A stretch of 64,000 nucleotides of DNA from Octopus bimaculoides (taxonomy: Eukaryota), in NCBI RefSeq assembly GCF_001194135.2, contig NC_068982.1, forward strand, positions 112,334,946 to 112,398,945, written 5' to 3'. This document shows, in pieces, positions 10,625 through 23,974 of this stretch. Each line of letters begins with the position of its first letter. Position 1 is the first letter of the stretch. Position numbers and translations under genes: made by a program. The notes beneath the pieces were generated by a model that was not told the DNA's origin, ran no database searches, and was given only the letters and a program-made list of their open reading frames with translations.

Positions 10625-11551
10625 ATACGTACATACATACATACATAAATACATACATACATACATACATACATACATGCATGCATATATACATACATGA
10701 ATACGTACATGCATACATATGAATGTACATATATTTATGTGTGTGTGGCTTTAAGTATCTTGCGAAGGCTCAACATTCGGAGTTCAGGTTTAGAAAACCT
10801 GAAGGACCGCCGCTTAAGTGTGTAAATCTGAGGGGAAAAGGGGAATATGTTGAATGAAACCATAATTAACTGATCCTCCAGCTTTTTTTTTTTTTACCAA
10901 AAGGCAAGGAACTTTTCAACACCTTCTAGTACATTTATATTCGTATGTATACATATTCTCAACACCAAACCCTTCAGTAAATTTAAAGGATTCCAATGTT
11001 TTAAACATTTGGACCAGAATTCTTGACTAGAAATAATCTTTTACTGTCTTCTCATCATTAATGTTGCAGCTCTGCAACAAAATCAAAGGTTCTGCACTCC
11101 CACAGTTGTCTAACGCATGCGAATATATTACATGTCCACCAGAAATAACTCCAACATTCAAGAGAAACTTTTTCATCATACAAAAAATCCCTCCGGTGTT
11201 AAAAGTTACATGATACTTATCTTCTATCATTCTTCTTTTTCTTCCATGATCCCTAGATTCAACTTATTTTTCACGACACTTACAGCATACATATCGAAAT
11301 TTACACTCCTCTTTTATACATTGATTACTGAACTCCATTTTCCCTCCTAATTTGTTTTTTTCGTTTGCAGATGTTAACATGAATAAAATCAGTTACACTG
11401 AAATTAATGTTACACGAAGAAGGCTGTGGAACGAGTCTAAACCTCAGAATGTACAGTGGTTAAATAAATATATTAACTTCTCATACCTCCTTACATTCTT
11501 ATGGTCTGTATATACATATGTGCGTGTGTGTGTGTGTGTCTCTCACTCACA

Positions 11552-11640
<89 letters not shown>

Positions 11641-11641
<1 letters not shown>

Positions 11642-11843
11642 GACAGAGGTAGTTAGAACACCTTCAATGCTAGAAATAAGAGCTTAAGTACTCTGATGCT
11701 GCAGTCAACAGACACGCTTGTATACATGCATACTGACAGCGACGTTCGCTGTCAGTATGTAGACAATTGTGTTCGTTCACTGCAGAATCAGAGCAACTTA
11801 GCTCTTATTTCTAGCATTGTAGGTCTTCTTATACCTTCTGTCA
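11641..11843. mobile_element. Palindromic MITE (~200-nt fold-back) with TA flanks, Tc1/mariner-like by target site
   Basis: Left arm gacagaggta..accttcaatgctagaaataagagct..ctctgat.ctgcagt..catactgacagcga pairs with right arm tcgctgtcagtatg..actgcagaatcagag..agctcttatttctagcattgtaggt..taccttctgtc. 3-nt loop 11743-11745; TA on both sides. Confidence 0.7.
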
Positions 11844-12096
11844 TATTTAATGAAAATTATAGTTTTTCTTTTTAGTGATACATTGCTAAACAACTGCTTA
11901 ATTTACACACACACATATACACACATTGACGTACACGCCTACATAAACAAGTGCTTGTATATTTTTCTCGTGTGTATATGTGTGTATGTGCGTGTATACT
12001 GCAACAGCTATGAACGTACTTGAAGAAATCCATATTCGACAACATTTATTCCCTTTATTTTTAAGATGTGTGTTTTTTTGAAAAATTGGCAAACGC

Positions 12097-12475
12097 GCAG
12101 GTGTGGCTGTGAGGTAAGGAGTTTGTCTCGCAACCACATGGTTCAGAGTTCTCTCACGCCGCGTAGTTCCTTGGGCAAGTGTCTTCTATAGGCTCAGGCC
12201 AACCAAAGTCTAATCACTGGATCTGGAGGATGGAAACTGAAAGAAGCCCTCAGTTATCTCTCTATATGTATCTGTGTGTTTATTCTTGTGTTTTTATTTG
12301 TCCCCTACCACCGCTTAACAGACGAGGCTGGTGTGTTTAGGTCGGGAAAAGGGTGATATAGAAAAAAAGAAAGAAAAGAAAAGCACTGGTATCTATTCAT
12401 TCAACTAAAATTCTTCAATGTGATGCCCCAGTATGGCCGCATGCTAAAGACTGAAACAAGTGAGTGAGTAAAAGA
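12097..12475 (+). mobile_element. SINE family 2, near full-length copy
   Basis: gtgtggctgtgaggtaag...caaccacatggtt...ccttgggcaagtgtcttcta...ggaaactgaaagaagccc...(TG-rich)...ccccagtatggccgca...gactgaaacaag...taaaaga. Recurs at 22771-23095, 41636-41735, 42140-42330 and 60009-60068. Confidence 0.7.
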
Positions 12476-12558
12476 TTTCGTGACCATCAACTCGAGATTT
12501 GAAATAAATTTGAAAACAACAGAGAGGCACACACATACATATATACTCGCGCGCGCTG

Positions 12559-12606
<48 letters not shown>

Positions 12607-12711
12607 ATATACACACACCACTCTCATGCTCACAAATATTTGTGCAGTATCTCTACACATTCATCCATATATGTGAATTCCCTGTCTAGAACTTTCATAC
12701 ATACTCACCTT

Positions 12712-12780
12712 GTCTCTGATGACGGGCTATCCAGTGTACGGAGATGCTAACCTACCACTTAGTAGATCCCAGAAACACCT
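12712..12780 (+). ncRNA. Decayed hammerhead-like relic with long stem II
   Basis: gtct-CTGATGA-cgggcta...tagatccca-GAAAC. Core halves and ggg/ccc stem base are retained; the 3' strand of stem I is not found. Confidence 0.25.
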
Positions 12781-14756
12781 TAATTAATTGCCTCAAATTC
12801 ACCTTACTTTATTTAAATATTCTAAAGGACTTCAGACACACGTACTGCGTTGGTTTTTGTTGTCCTCTAATACATACATGCAAACTCGGAAGCCGACTAC
12901 GGATCCCCAATTATAGCACTTACACAGAGTATCTATTCATTTAGATCACCAGTGAACTAAACTCCTCATTCTATATAAACATACGCACACGCACGCACGC
13001 TGACACATAAATGGAGGGATATAGTCGTTTGCATATAAGGATGCACACACACACACACGCACAAACACTGATTCACACAAACACGTCATTCATTTTCATT
13101 AAGCGCCGTTAGAATACATCTTCCCCTACGTCAGAATTCGTTATCACATATATAAATATAGACCGCCTTTTGCGATTGATGGTCATGCCGCTGGCGGCAG
13201 CGATGATTATGATGATGACGATGATGATTTACTATAAAGCACAGAAAGACAAATGAATATCATCTTGCCAGAATTTGAACTCGGAGCATGGTGAGACATA
13301 ATAACAATCTCGAACACATTTTGAACGCTAATGTACCAATTCTTTCATAAAATAAAAGACCCACAGTTTCCAAAGGGAGTAGAAGGGATAAAAAATAATT
13401 GGCAGATGAAATATACAGGAGCGTAAATAATGCAGATCGAATCAATATTAAACTAACTTTTCTCCCCAATTATCTCCCCTGCACCATGCAATTCATTTAC
13501 CGACTATTCTGTAAAATTATTTTCTTTCAATTTCTCTGGAATACATTGAAACAGAACAATGCGTTATAAAGGAGAGAGTGAACGAGGGAGAGAAAGAGAA
13601 AGGGTAAGTGTGCGCTAGTGATGAGAGGGGGGGGGGTAATATTTGCTCTATACCAATATATTGCTTAATCTAAATGGAACCGCTTCCTATTCGTATTCTT
13701 TCGTTTTGCTTTCAATCACTCATGTGGCAGTATATTCTGCCTGCAAATGCTACTTCATCGACACCAACTATAACCGAGTGGCGACCGTGCGCGCGCGCGT
13801 GTGTGTGCGTGTGCGTGTGTTTATGTGAGTGGTGTGTGGATATGTGTGTTTGCATGTGTATGCATGTTTGTAATGCAAGGAGAAGAAGAATGTAAAGACG
13901 ACGAAAAGTGAATTAGGTTACGTTCAAAGATCGTGGTTGAAAATTTAGAAAGAAATGCAAAAGCTAAAAAAGTAAAATGAATAGATGGCCTCTACCCATA
14001 AATATAAGAAAACCAACAGCAAATATGGCAGTTGCCTGTTCTGTGAAATGGTTGACTAATTCTTCAAATGACAGCGAAGTTGATTTCGGATGTGTACGTA
14101 TGCATCTCTGATTAAATTTTCATGTCTGATTGCGTAGAAAGAAAATATGATATAGAGTGATTGATCAACAGATAACGATGTAAAATGTGTGTTTATGTGT
14201 GTGTGTATATATATGTATATATATATATGTATTATGTGTGAGTTCGTGAGTGCGTGTGTGTGTGTGTGTGTGTGCATACAGGCATATATGAATATATGTG
14301 TCTGCAGTACATAAATATATATATATATATATATATATAATTGTGTGCAAATGTATGTGTTTGTATGCGTACATATGTATGTACACATAGTTGTAAATAT
14401 GCACTTACACATGTGCATATGTATGTGTTTATATGGGTGTGTGTATGTGTCTATGGTATAACAAGTTGCTACTATTATATAGCTGAGTTTACACAAAATC
14501 ATTTTCCAGTTCTACTTCATCTTTTATTTTGTATCTTGTTTTTAATAGCTCTTCTTTCAGTTTCTTCTCGGTTGTTGTGGCGGCTGCCATTATTGTTGTT
14601 GCAACTGTTGTTGTTACTTTGCTGCTGCTGCTGCTGTTGTTGTTGTTGTTGTTGTTGTTATTAAATCTATTGTTTGGTTATAAGGTTCGGTTATGGAAGA
14701 AGATTTCGTATAAAATCTCGTTTGAAACTATTTGAAGCATGCAGTGTATATACATA

Positions 14757-14916
14757 TGTGTATATATATCCTACTCTGTATACTGCTGAGAAAACAATGG
14801 TATATGTGTGGAGAAGGGAGATAAATAGAGAGAGGAAACTGATGATGAGGTGTAGCAAGAAGACTTAACATGGGCACTGGACTGTGTTGTATGAGCGAGA
14901 GAGTGTNNNNNNNNNN

Positions 14917-14959
<43 letters not shown>

Positions 14960-15104
14960 ATATATATCCTACTCTGTATACTGCTGAGAAAACAATGGTA
15001 TATGTGTGGAGAAGGGAGATAAATAGAGAGAGGAAACTGATGATGAGGTGTAGCAAGAAGACTTAACATGGGCACTGGACTGTGTTGTATGAGCGAGAGA
15101 GTGT
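14757..15104. repeat. ~150-bp exact direct duplication straddling a 10-N gap (probable assembly artefact)
   Basis: 14757-14906 is repeated at 14955-15104 (offset 198); gap at 14907-14916. Confidence 0.85.
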
Positions 15105-15452
15105 TGGAGAGATATAGACGCATACACACACGCAAACTTACACGAACACACACACACACACACACGCCAAAACACACAGACACACACGCACACACACACA
15201 CATGCACGCTCGCATGCACACATGCATACACATTCCATTATTCTTCTTTCTTCTCTCACTCATGCTTTGCAGTCATGCTTGGGGCATTGCCTCGGAGGGT
15301 TTAGTCAATAAATTCTGCGCTAGCGCTCATTTTAAGTCTGTGACTTATTCCATCGCAATCTTTGCCTTAACGCTAAGTTAGGTGAAGAAAAATAGACCAT
15401 TACCTAAAGCGGTAAGAGATGAATACACACAGAAATACACACACACACTCTT

Positions 15453-15488
<36 letters not shown>

Positions 15489-15609
15489 GCGCGCGTTCAA
15501 CGAGCTACCCTTGTTTTTGTCGATTATCTCCACTCACAAAGTATGGGTGTTTAGGGACTATAGTAGATGGCTCTTACCCAAGTTTTCATTCAGCCATGCC
15601 TACGTCTAT

Positions 15610-15683
<74 letters not shown>

Positions 15684-16673
15684 CAACATAAAACGGTGAT
15701 CAACTATAACCTCGGACTTTACCACAAGAATACGTGGAGTTCTTTACTAATCTAAACAATACTGTTGGTCTGGTGGATTGACAGAAAGTAAATGTGTGTG
15801 TGTGTATTAGTATAGATTTATATATATATCTAATATATATGTATATACATATTTCATATGTATGTATATATAATATATATGTGTGTATGTGTGTATGTAT
15901 GTATACATTTCTGTATGTGAGCATATGTGTGTAATCGCGCCATGCATAACCATGAATGAAAGGTTGAAAAACGTTGTGGTAAACAATGTATAGAATTGGA
16001 GGGAATGGTTTTGGGTGTATATTAGTTGTAGGTGGGGGTGAATGATCTAGTCGCGACATATATACCTTGAGGTTGGTAGTTCAAACTCTGAACACAGCAC
16101 TACTTTTGACAATAGCCATGAGTACGGATAGGCACATAATTGTGACACAGCAACTATGATGTATTCACTGTTAGAATTAGTAGAGAAAATCTTATAAAAT
16201 AGGCACGGTATCATCTTAGAAAAAGAGCAGATATAGTCTCTTATATAAATGGTAAAATACGGGTTGGTTATGGATAGAATAATTTTATTCACGGGTGTGT
16301 TGGATTAGGACCAAGCAACTTCATTCTCGTGGATATTGCAGTAGCAACAGTGTGTACTTGAACCAGCAATTCTTTGATTGGAAGTTCAAAATGATATACA
16401 ATGAAAATCAATGCCAGGTATTATCACAGACCTGCTTCAAGCCTTTGCAACCTAAAGTTAGTAAGAAGTAGCCTCATGGACTTTTATAGCCCAGGAAAGG
16501 GCCACCGTGTGACACAGTTATAAGAGTTGTTGCTGTTACTGCTTCGTCCCAGTTAAGCTCTGATAAAATAATCAAGACTAATTATCACAGACATTCCAAT
16601 CAAGACCATTCTGTATCTTTTTGATATATGCTACATCTAGTGTATGCTTGTGACAAGAGCACACTGAGCAGTG

Positions 16674-16817
16674 TAGGGTCCTAGTTAGTGTTAGTGACTA
16701 GGAGCACTCTCAACTTGAAATTTTGTTAGGTTATCATTTCGCCCCTAGTTAAAAGGCTAGACTTCCAGTGCTAATCTATGCATGTTGTTGCTCGCTGTCA
16801 ATAAACATAGGACCCTA
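16674..16817. mobile_element. hAT-like MITE (144 bp)
   Basis: Perfect 10-bp terminal inverted repeats tagggtccta / taggacccta, with further imperfect subterminal complementarity (gttagtgactaggagca vs tgctcgctgtcaataaac). Flanked by a degenerate 8-bp TSD gagcagtg / gtgcattg (6/8 identical). Confidence 0.6.
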
Positions 16818-17205
16818 GTGCATTGCTTTACCCGCCGTGAGGAGGAGGAGGCTGTAATATTATTAAGAAAGCAATGTCTATATCTAGGTTTTTAATAATG
16901 AATAACGTTCTCTTTACTTCTATTTCTTTTTTTTTTTTTACCAATGATAGTGTGTGTGTGATTGGTTAGTAGATCTAGCAGATTTAAAGAGCGTATACAC
17001 GTTCACGTCTATAAATTCTAAAATATTGCAGTTGTTATTCAGCCACATGCTAACCCTTATAAAGTAGTTAAATAGACAAATAACGAAAGACTGCACACGT
17101 AATAAACCCCAATGTTTTTCCTTTACACAGATGTAAACTGGGAGTTGGTACATATATACATATATATATATATATACATACATATATATACATATNNNNN
17201 NNNNN

Positions 17206-17258
<53 letters not shown>

Positions 17259-17662
17259 TATATATATGTGTGTATATGTATGTATATATACATATACATA
17301 TACATATACCACATGATGATGGCTACAAGGCGTCTATGAACTACATTTGTATTCAAATTATGTGCATTATATAAGTGTGCATTGCATGTGTGTATATATA
17401 TTGTGGTGTTCTGCAACTGTATACTACATGTGTGTGGTAGGAATGCTGCATGTATTGATGTCTGACGCGTCTCTCAATCGATCTGCCATCTCCTACACCA
17501 ACCATCCAGTTGTTAGCTTGCCTAAACACATTCCTCTACGCTTCTCCTCCTCTTACTCCTCCTCCTCCTCCTCGTCCATACCACTCACTACCGTTCTGAT
17601 ATTCTTTTGTGTTTTTCATTCTCTTTTCATCTCTCCTTCTGTCTTTCTATCTCTCTGTCTCC

Positions 17663-17693
<31 letters not shown>

Positions 17694-17762
17694 CCTAACT
17701 CCTCCTCCATACCAATTTATCGTTCTGCTTATTGTTGCTTATTTCTCTTCCACCTTCTCTGC

Positions 17763-17806
<44 letters not shown>

Positions 17807-18213
17807 TAGACACACACACAGAAACAGACAGACACACACACGCAAATGCTTCCACAACTGCATCTGTATTCTCTTGGCAGACAGACAGGCAGACAGACAC
17901 AGACACTCGCGCACAGACACACAAAAAACTCATACTCATACATACGCCCACAAGTGTAAAGCGACAAAGAGAGAGAGGGGGGGATAATAAGAAACGAGCA
18001 AGAGACATAATTGACAAAGAAAGCAAATTAAAGAGCGAGAGAGAGAGAGAGAGAGAGGGGGAGGAAAGAAGCAAAGAGAAAGTGAGAAAGTGAGAGAAAG
18101 AGGGAAAGAGAGAGAGAGAGAAGCAGTCAAACTGAAGTAAAAAGATTTTAAAAAATAGGTATATATATATTTGTGTGTGTATGAGAAAGGTAAATAGATT
18201 TTAATGAACAGTC

Positions 18214-18297
18214 AGACAGATAGGCAGGCAAACAGGTAGACAGACAGACAGGCAGACAGACAGACAGACAGACAGACAGGCAGATAGATAGTTATAT

Positions 18298-18355
<58 letters not shown>

Positions 18356-18455
18356 ATAGATAAATGGATATATAGATTCAAATATAGATAGATACTTAGA
18401 TAGATAGATAGATAGATATAGATAGAGAGATAGAGAGATAGATAGATAGATAGAG

Positions 18456-18505
<50 letters not shown>

Positions 18506-18656
18506 CTTTCTTTTATTAGCCACACAGGGCTGCACACAGAGGGGACATAGAAATATAGATAGATAGATAGCTAGAAATATAGATATATACTTAGATAGAT
18601 AAATAGATAGATATATAGATAGATAAATAGATAGATAGATAGATAAATAGACAGAC

Positions 18657-18701
<45 letters not shown>
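18214..18701. repeat. Large compound (AGAC)n/(TA)n/(AGAT)n array with a short unique insert
   Basis: Direct reading. The insert (ttttattagccacacagggct..) recurs beside the AGAT array at 26165-26215. Confidence 0.85.
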
Positions 18702-18703
<2 letters not shown>

Positions 18704-19570
18704 ATGCATGGTACACATACTACTCAAGCACATATTCAAACACAAAGATGGAAAAAGAGACAGAGAATTTCTGAAAAGGAAAGGAATCAGAGAAGAGAGA
18801 GAAAGAATGATATAGAAACAGAGGATTGCGGTAAAAGAGAAGGGGAGATATCCCACATGAAAGCGAAAAAGTCAAAGCATGAAACGTTGTGTTAATGAAA
18901 ATATATATATGGTAAAGGAAAGGTAGCGGCGCACGTCAAGGTAGCAAATAGAATATTGATTAAAGAGTGTTTCCATGTTCTTTGTCATGTTAGGTTTGTG
19001 AGAGAGTTCAGGAAAACACAATCAATAGAAATGTTACCTAATTCATCATGAAAGCCATACGTTAGTCGAAAATCTTCTCTAAAGTATGATTCATCTAGTT
19101 GGCTTCAGTTTCAAACCTTCGTTTCATTACAAGTTAATCAACATTCTTTCTAGCCACCAGCTTTCCAATTCAGAAATACTTACGCACAATCAAATAAAGC
19201 CTGCTTTCTTTTTATATTTTTAATCTCTTGCAATTTAAAAATTGCATATTTGTTATTATTTCTCCTCTCTCAAGTATGGTTTTCCAGTGTGGATTAACAT
19301 GTCTTCTCGCTCGCTCATATTGAACCCCCCACACACACACACACATTCGCACATATACATATAGTCTTTTCTATTGAAACTGAAACTATGAATTTGCCAT
19401 GCGACTAGTGTTCAGATTTTGACGATGTTACGATGATCAGATAAGAACTGTAAGAATTTTAATAAAAATAAACCAAATGCTCTGCAACAGGTGTTGATTA
19501 CTCATCATTTGCCTGATCTAAAACGACTTAGGTATACACGCACACACACACACACACACACAGACACACC

Positions 19571-19601
<31 letters not shown>

Positions 19602-20217
19602 ACGCACACGCACGCACGCACACGCACACATATGGAGGATACCATAAACATGAAATAACGTTAAAAAGATGAACATTATTGTAAGAATATTCACAACACA
19701 ATGCCAGAGAAGTACGGTATTCTGATGATGGTTAGAGAATACTCACTTTCTCAAGACAAAGATGGCTACTTTGTAAGATTATTGAGTAGCTACATGTGAA
19801 GATACCACATTTGAATACAAATTGCATACCTCCACATAAACATACTGAGTACAACTCCGCTTAGATGTATACATTAACGAGAAACTAGTTTTTATCGTAT
19901 ATATATATATATATAATATATAAATATGTGCGTGCGTGTGTATGTATGTGTGTGTGTGTGTCTATGTAGGCAGATATATCGATATATTGCTAGCACATAT
20001 AACATACATTCACGTACACACAGAAATAGGCACATACTCACACATATATGATTGACGTTTTTCAGAGTGGTTTGTCTGAGAGGTTTTGTAGATAGATATA
20101 TATACTGTCAATCTATCTGTTATATATCTATTATATATCTAGACATGAAACAACCATCATTGAAATATACCGATTGCAGTCACATAATACCACGTTGAAC
20201 ACGTTATAATATCTGGG

Positions 20218-20330
<113 letters not shown>

Positions 20331-21658
20331 GTCATTCTGTTTGTCAGTCTATCTTCCTGTTTGTCTCTCTGTCTCTCTGTCTCTCACTCACTGTCTTTTC
20401 TTTTCTCCCACTTTCTCCCTTTCCCCGTCTCTCTCTCTCTATTCATGTTTATATATATGTATATATCTCTTTCTTTCTGCTATGTATGTGCATGCGCGTA
20501 TATGTATTTATGTGTGGAGGTAAAATGATGCATATATTATATGTAAAATGCAATGTATTTGGTCAACTCATTTTATATAAGCTAACATCATTTTCTTTGC
20601 CAAACACTGTAATGCATCAAATTAGAGATTCTACAAAAATATATGGACATTAGAATAATTCTTGCATTATATGTAGTTATAAACATCAATTTACTGGCTT
20701 AGTCAGATGAAGGAAGAAGGGCAGCGCCATGACCAATTTCTGTACATCTGGAACTAATAGAAGCAAAAGTGGAAGTCATTCACAGAGCGGTAGACATTAA
20801 GATAACTGGATCTCAGATTTAAGTTCACCACACAATAAAACGTCATGTTCTTACCGATAGGCTTCTACCTTGGCTCTCGATTTTCATTCACAGACTCTTT
20901 AATCTACTCTAGGCTATTGTAAAATACACGTCTCAAAAATGTCGCGCAACATGAAGGCTTATGAAACGTGAAACTGCATATAGAACTACTCACACTTCTA
21001 TGCTTTCATCCATTATTGCTCGAGATTCTCGCACGCCCGTCGGAGTGACGAGGATGAACTACTCATTCTTAATGATAACTGCTGAATTTCGCAGTGACTT
21101 TGCTTAAAGGGAAGAAGTGTTTCGTACCACCAACCTTACTCTCTTGACCTTGGCCACCTTCAGTCCAGTAGCAAGACCAGGCCAAAGCGGCTGGGGATGA
21201 AACCAGAAAACAGTGGATGACCAATGTATCTTATTTGTCACATCTTGCTCTCTGCACTCCAAATGCGTTGCTGCAGCTGCCTTCTGAAATCTCAAGTCTC
21301 TCTTCCGCAGACTTTGAGGGAACCAACTTAGCATGCACAGGTAGGCATGCTCATGATTACTGAATATGACACAACATTGTGAACAGTGGTATTTGCTCAG
21401 GTTTGTTGGACAACTTGATATTCCCTGAATGTAGAATTTGAGAGGGTTTCAATTAAATTTTATTCAACATGTCCACAATGTCCACATATAGTTATATTAT
21501 AGCTAGCTAACGCGGAACTATTTACCTGGTTGCTCAATCTGCGAGAAATAGCAGCCAACTCTCCACGAATATGAATCTACAGCCCTAACGAGACAGGGAG
21601 CAATTCATTAAATATGGTCAAAGAATGAGAAACTCATGGCGCCAATGCTTTTTATTAT

Positions 21659-21875
21659 AGGCAGTGGATTAGCAGAATCTTTAGTGCATCGAATAAAATG
21701 TATTGAGGTATTTCTTCTGGCTCTTTATATTCTAATTTCAAAGGATTACCATTATATTTCATTCCTCCAGAATCGATAAAATTGAAGTAACAGGTAAGTA
21801 GTGAATAAGTTGATAGTACCGACTAACTTCCTACCCTCAAATATAAATGAATTTTTGCCTAAATTAGAAACGATT
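21659..21875 (+). mobile_element. SINE family 1, old diverged copy
   Basis: aggcagtggattagcagaatctttag...gaatcgataaaattgaagta...gcctaaattagaaacgatt aligns by eye with copies at 28641 and 50135. Confidence 0.45.
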
Positions 21876-22401
21876 GAAGGAATGAAACATGTATAATGCA
21901 ACGTGGACAAGCATATTTTTTGCTTTGCTCACTTACTTTTTTAAAACGATAGGATGTGATACCAGAGAGATTTGGCTGCTATATTTAGCAGGCAGTACAA
22001 ACAAATAGGTTCTTTTCTATTCGGCTGTGATGACCTTGATGATGTTTGAAAGTAAAAGGGAAAGAAATATCAGGAAACTCTGTAAGTTATACGGTTTACT
22101 GCTCTCAAATGGCATTTAATACATCAAGTTGAAGTCAGAACAGTGAAAAAGGTAGAAATATATAGTCCTGGAGTAAATAATATTGAAAAGTATACTGAAG
22201 CTTGGTTGTAGTTCGTGATTGAATCGTGTGAGTTACCATTTACAGAGACGAATGACGAAACTTTGAACACTTCATAAAAGCAATTCTTAACCTTTTCTGT
22301 TCATGACAACCCGAATAGAACGTCACAATTGTTAGGTACACGATCAGATTTTTAAAAAGTTTCATTGTATAAAAAACAAAAAATGCAGACAAGCATACTG
22401 A

Positions 22402-22542
22402 CAGATAGATAGATAGATAGATAGATATATAGATAGATAGATAGATAGATAGATAGATTGGTAGATTAATCGATAAATAGACATACAGACAGACAGGTAG
22501 ATAAATAGATAGATAGACAGATAGATAAATAGATAGACAGAC

Positions 22543-22603
<61 letters not shown>
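22402..22603. repeat. (AGAT)n array
   Basis: Direct reading. Confidence 0.9.
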
Positions 22604-22605
<2 letters not shown>

Positions 22606-22770
22606 GCATTACCGGCTGTGCAATTGGGAGTACTATTGTTCAAATGTGTATTAAATGTATGAAAGCAGCGACGTGAATATATTTAAATACAATTAGTCCT
22701 ATGGTTAGGTTTTTTTCCCCTAACTAACTGCATAGTTGTGCATATTTCATTGTTTACTCTTTACAACTTA

Positions 22771-23095
22771 GTTTCAGCCTCACTGCGCGGTACCTTGGCA
22801 AGTATCGTCTACTGTAAACCCGGAATGTCCAATGCCTGGTGAATGAATTTGCCAAACGGAAACTGTGTGGAATCCCGACGTATATATATCTGTGTGTGTG
22901 TCGGTATGTGTTTTTACGTTTGTGTTTGTCCACCGTTTGGCAACCAGTGTCGGTTTGTTTACTTTCTCGTAATGTAGAGGTTCAACAAAAATAGCGAAAG
23001 ACTGAGTGCTAGACTTAAGAATGAGTACTAGGGTCGAAGCCTTCAAGGTGGTGCCCCAGCATGGTTGCAATCCAAAATAAACTGAAATAAATAAA
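22771..23095 (+). mobile_element. SINE family 2, 5'-truncated diverged copy
   Basis: cactgcgcggtaccttggcaagt...cggaaactg...ggtggtgccccagcatgg...actgaaataa matches 12097-12475. Confidence 0.6.
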
Positions 23096-23934
23096 TGACA
23101 AAAAATATAATGATAAGCAACTTTATTTCCACACCGGGATTAAAAGATTCCCCATCACTGATCTACATGGCTGCACGACATGTCAGAAATAATAGCCAAA
23201 TCTCTTCTCAAATTACAAGCTAACGTCTTAAAAATGAACGCATTTGATAAAATAATCCGCAGTAAATTATTCCCGAAAATAAGACATGGATGGTCACAGA
23301 TGAAATATCTTATATCACAGGTCTTTTATGTCAGATCGAAACCGACGTTAGAGTCAAACAACAGCACCAATTCTAAAATCTATTATTTAACTTCAATGCT
23401 ATTGATTGTAATAATGAATCCGTTGATAACTGAATATAAATGGGATACAGCTTGTTTAATCACATTTCAATCCTGATCGCACATACAATCAAAGGTGTTC
23501 CAACTTTGACCAACCTACTTTTGACTGGTATCTGAATTTAGATTGGCCATTGTCCATGCGTCTATCACTGTTTCAAGCCGGCAGGATATGAATTATGCGA
23601 AATTTGATTACAATTTGTAGAAGTAATTTTATTTGACTAGCGTCAGTAATTCTGTCAGAGTTAAAACAATGAATGATAGCCTTACCTATTGCTGCTTCTT
23701 CGAAAATATAAGGTCTTTTGTTCTTAGTGTGAAAAAATCCTGACAGTTTTGTTGTGGCTGAGTATTTATACACTTGTGCATCTCTGCGCGTGTGTGCGTA
23801 GTGCGGTGTCACATTGAAAATTTTATCACCTCCCTTTACTCTGTCATTTTCAAAATGGAGTAGATATGACAATACACCTCTTTGTAATTTTCTTATCCTT
23901 TTCAATATTTTTCATCGTCTTCTTTGTCTCGTTC

Positions 23935-23974
23935 TGTCATCTGATGAAAGACTTACAGCCAAAACGTTAAGACA
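23935..23974 (+). ncRNA. Decayed minimal hammerhead relic
   Basis: tgtcat-CTGATGA-aa-gac(ttaca)gcc-AAAA-CG-TT-aagaca. Stem I 5/6 pairs, ACGT palindrome retained, GAAA mutated to AAAA (a CpG-decay-type change), one stem II mismatch. Confidence 0.35.

Noticed and set aside
14757-15104. 150-bp exact tandem duplication as a biological repeat
   Set aside because: Identical copies on either side of a 10-N gap; most likely an assembly artefact unless long reads confirm it.
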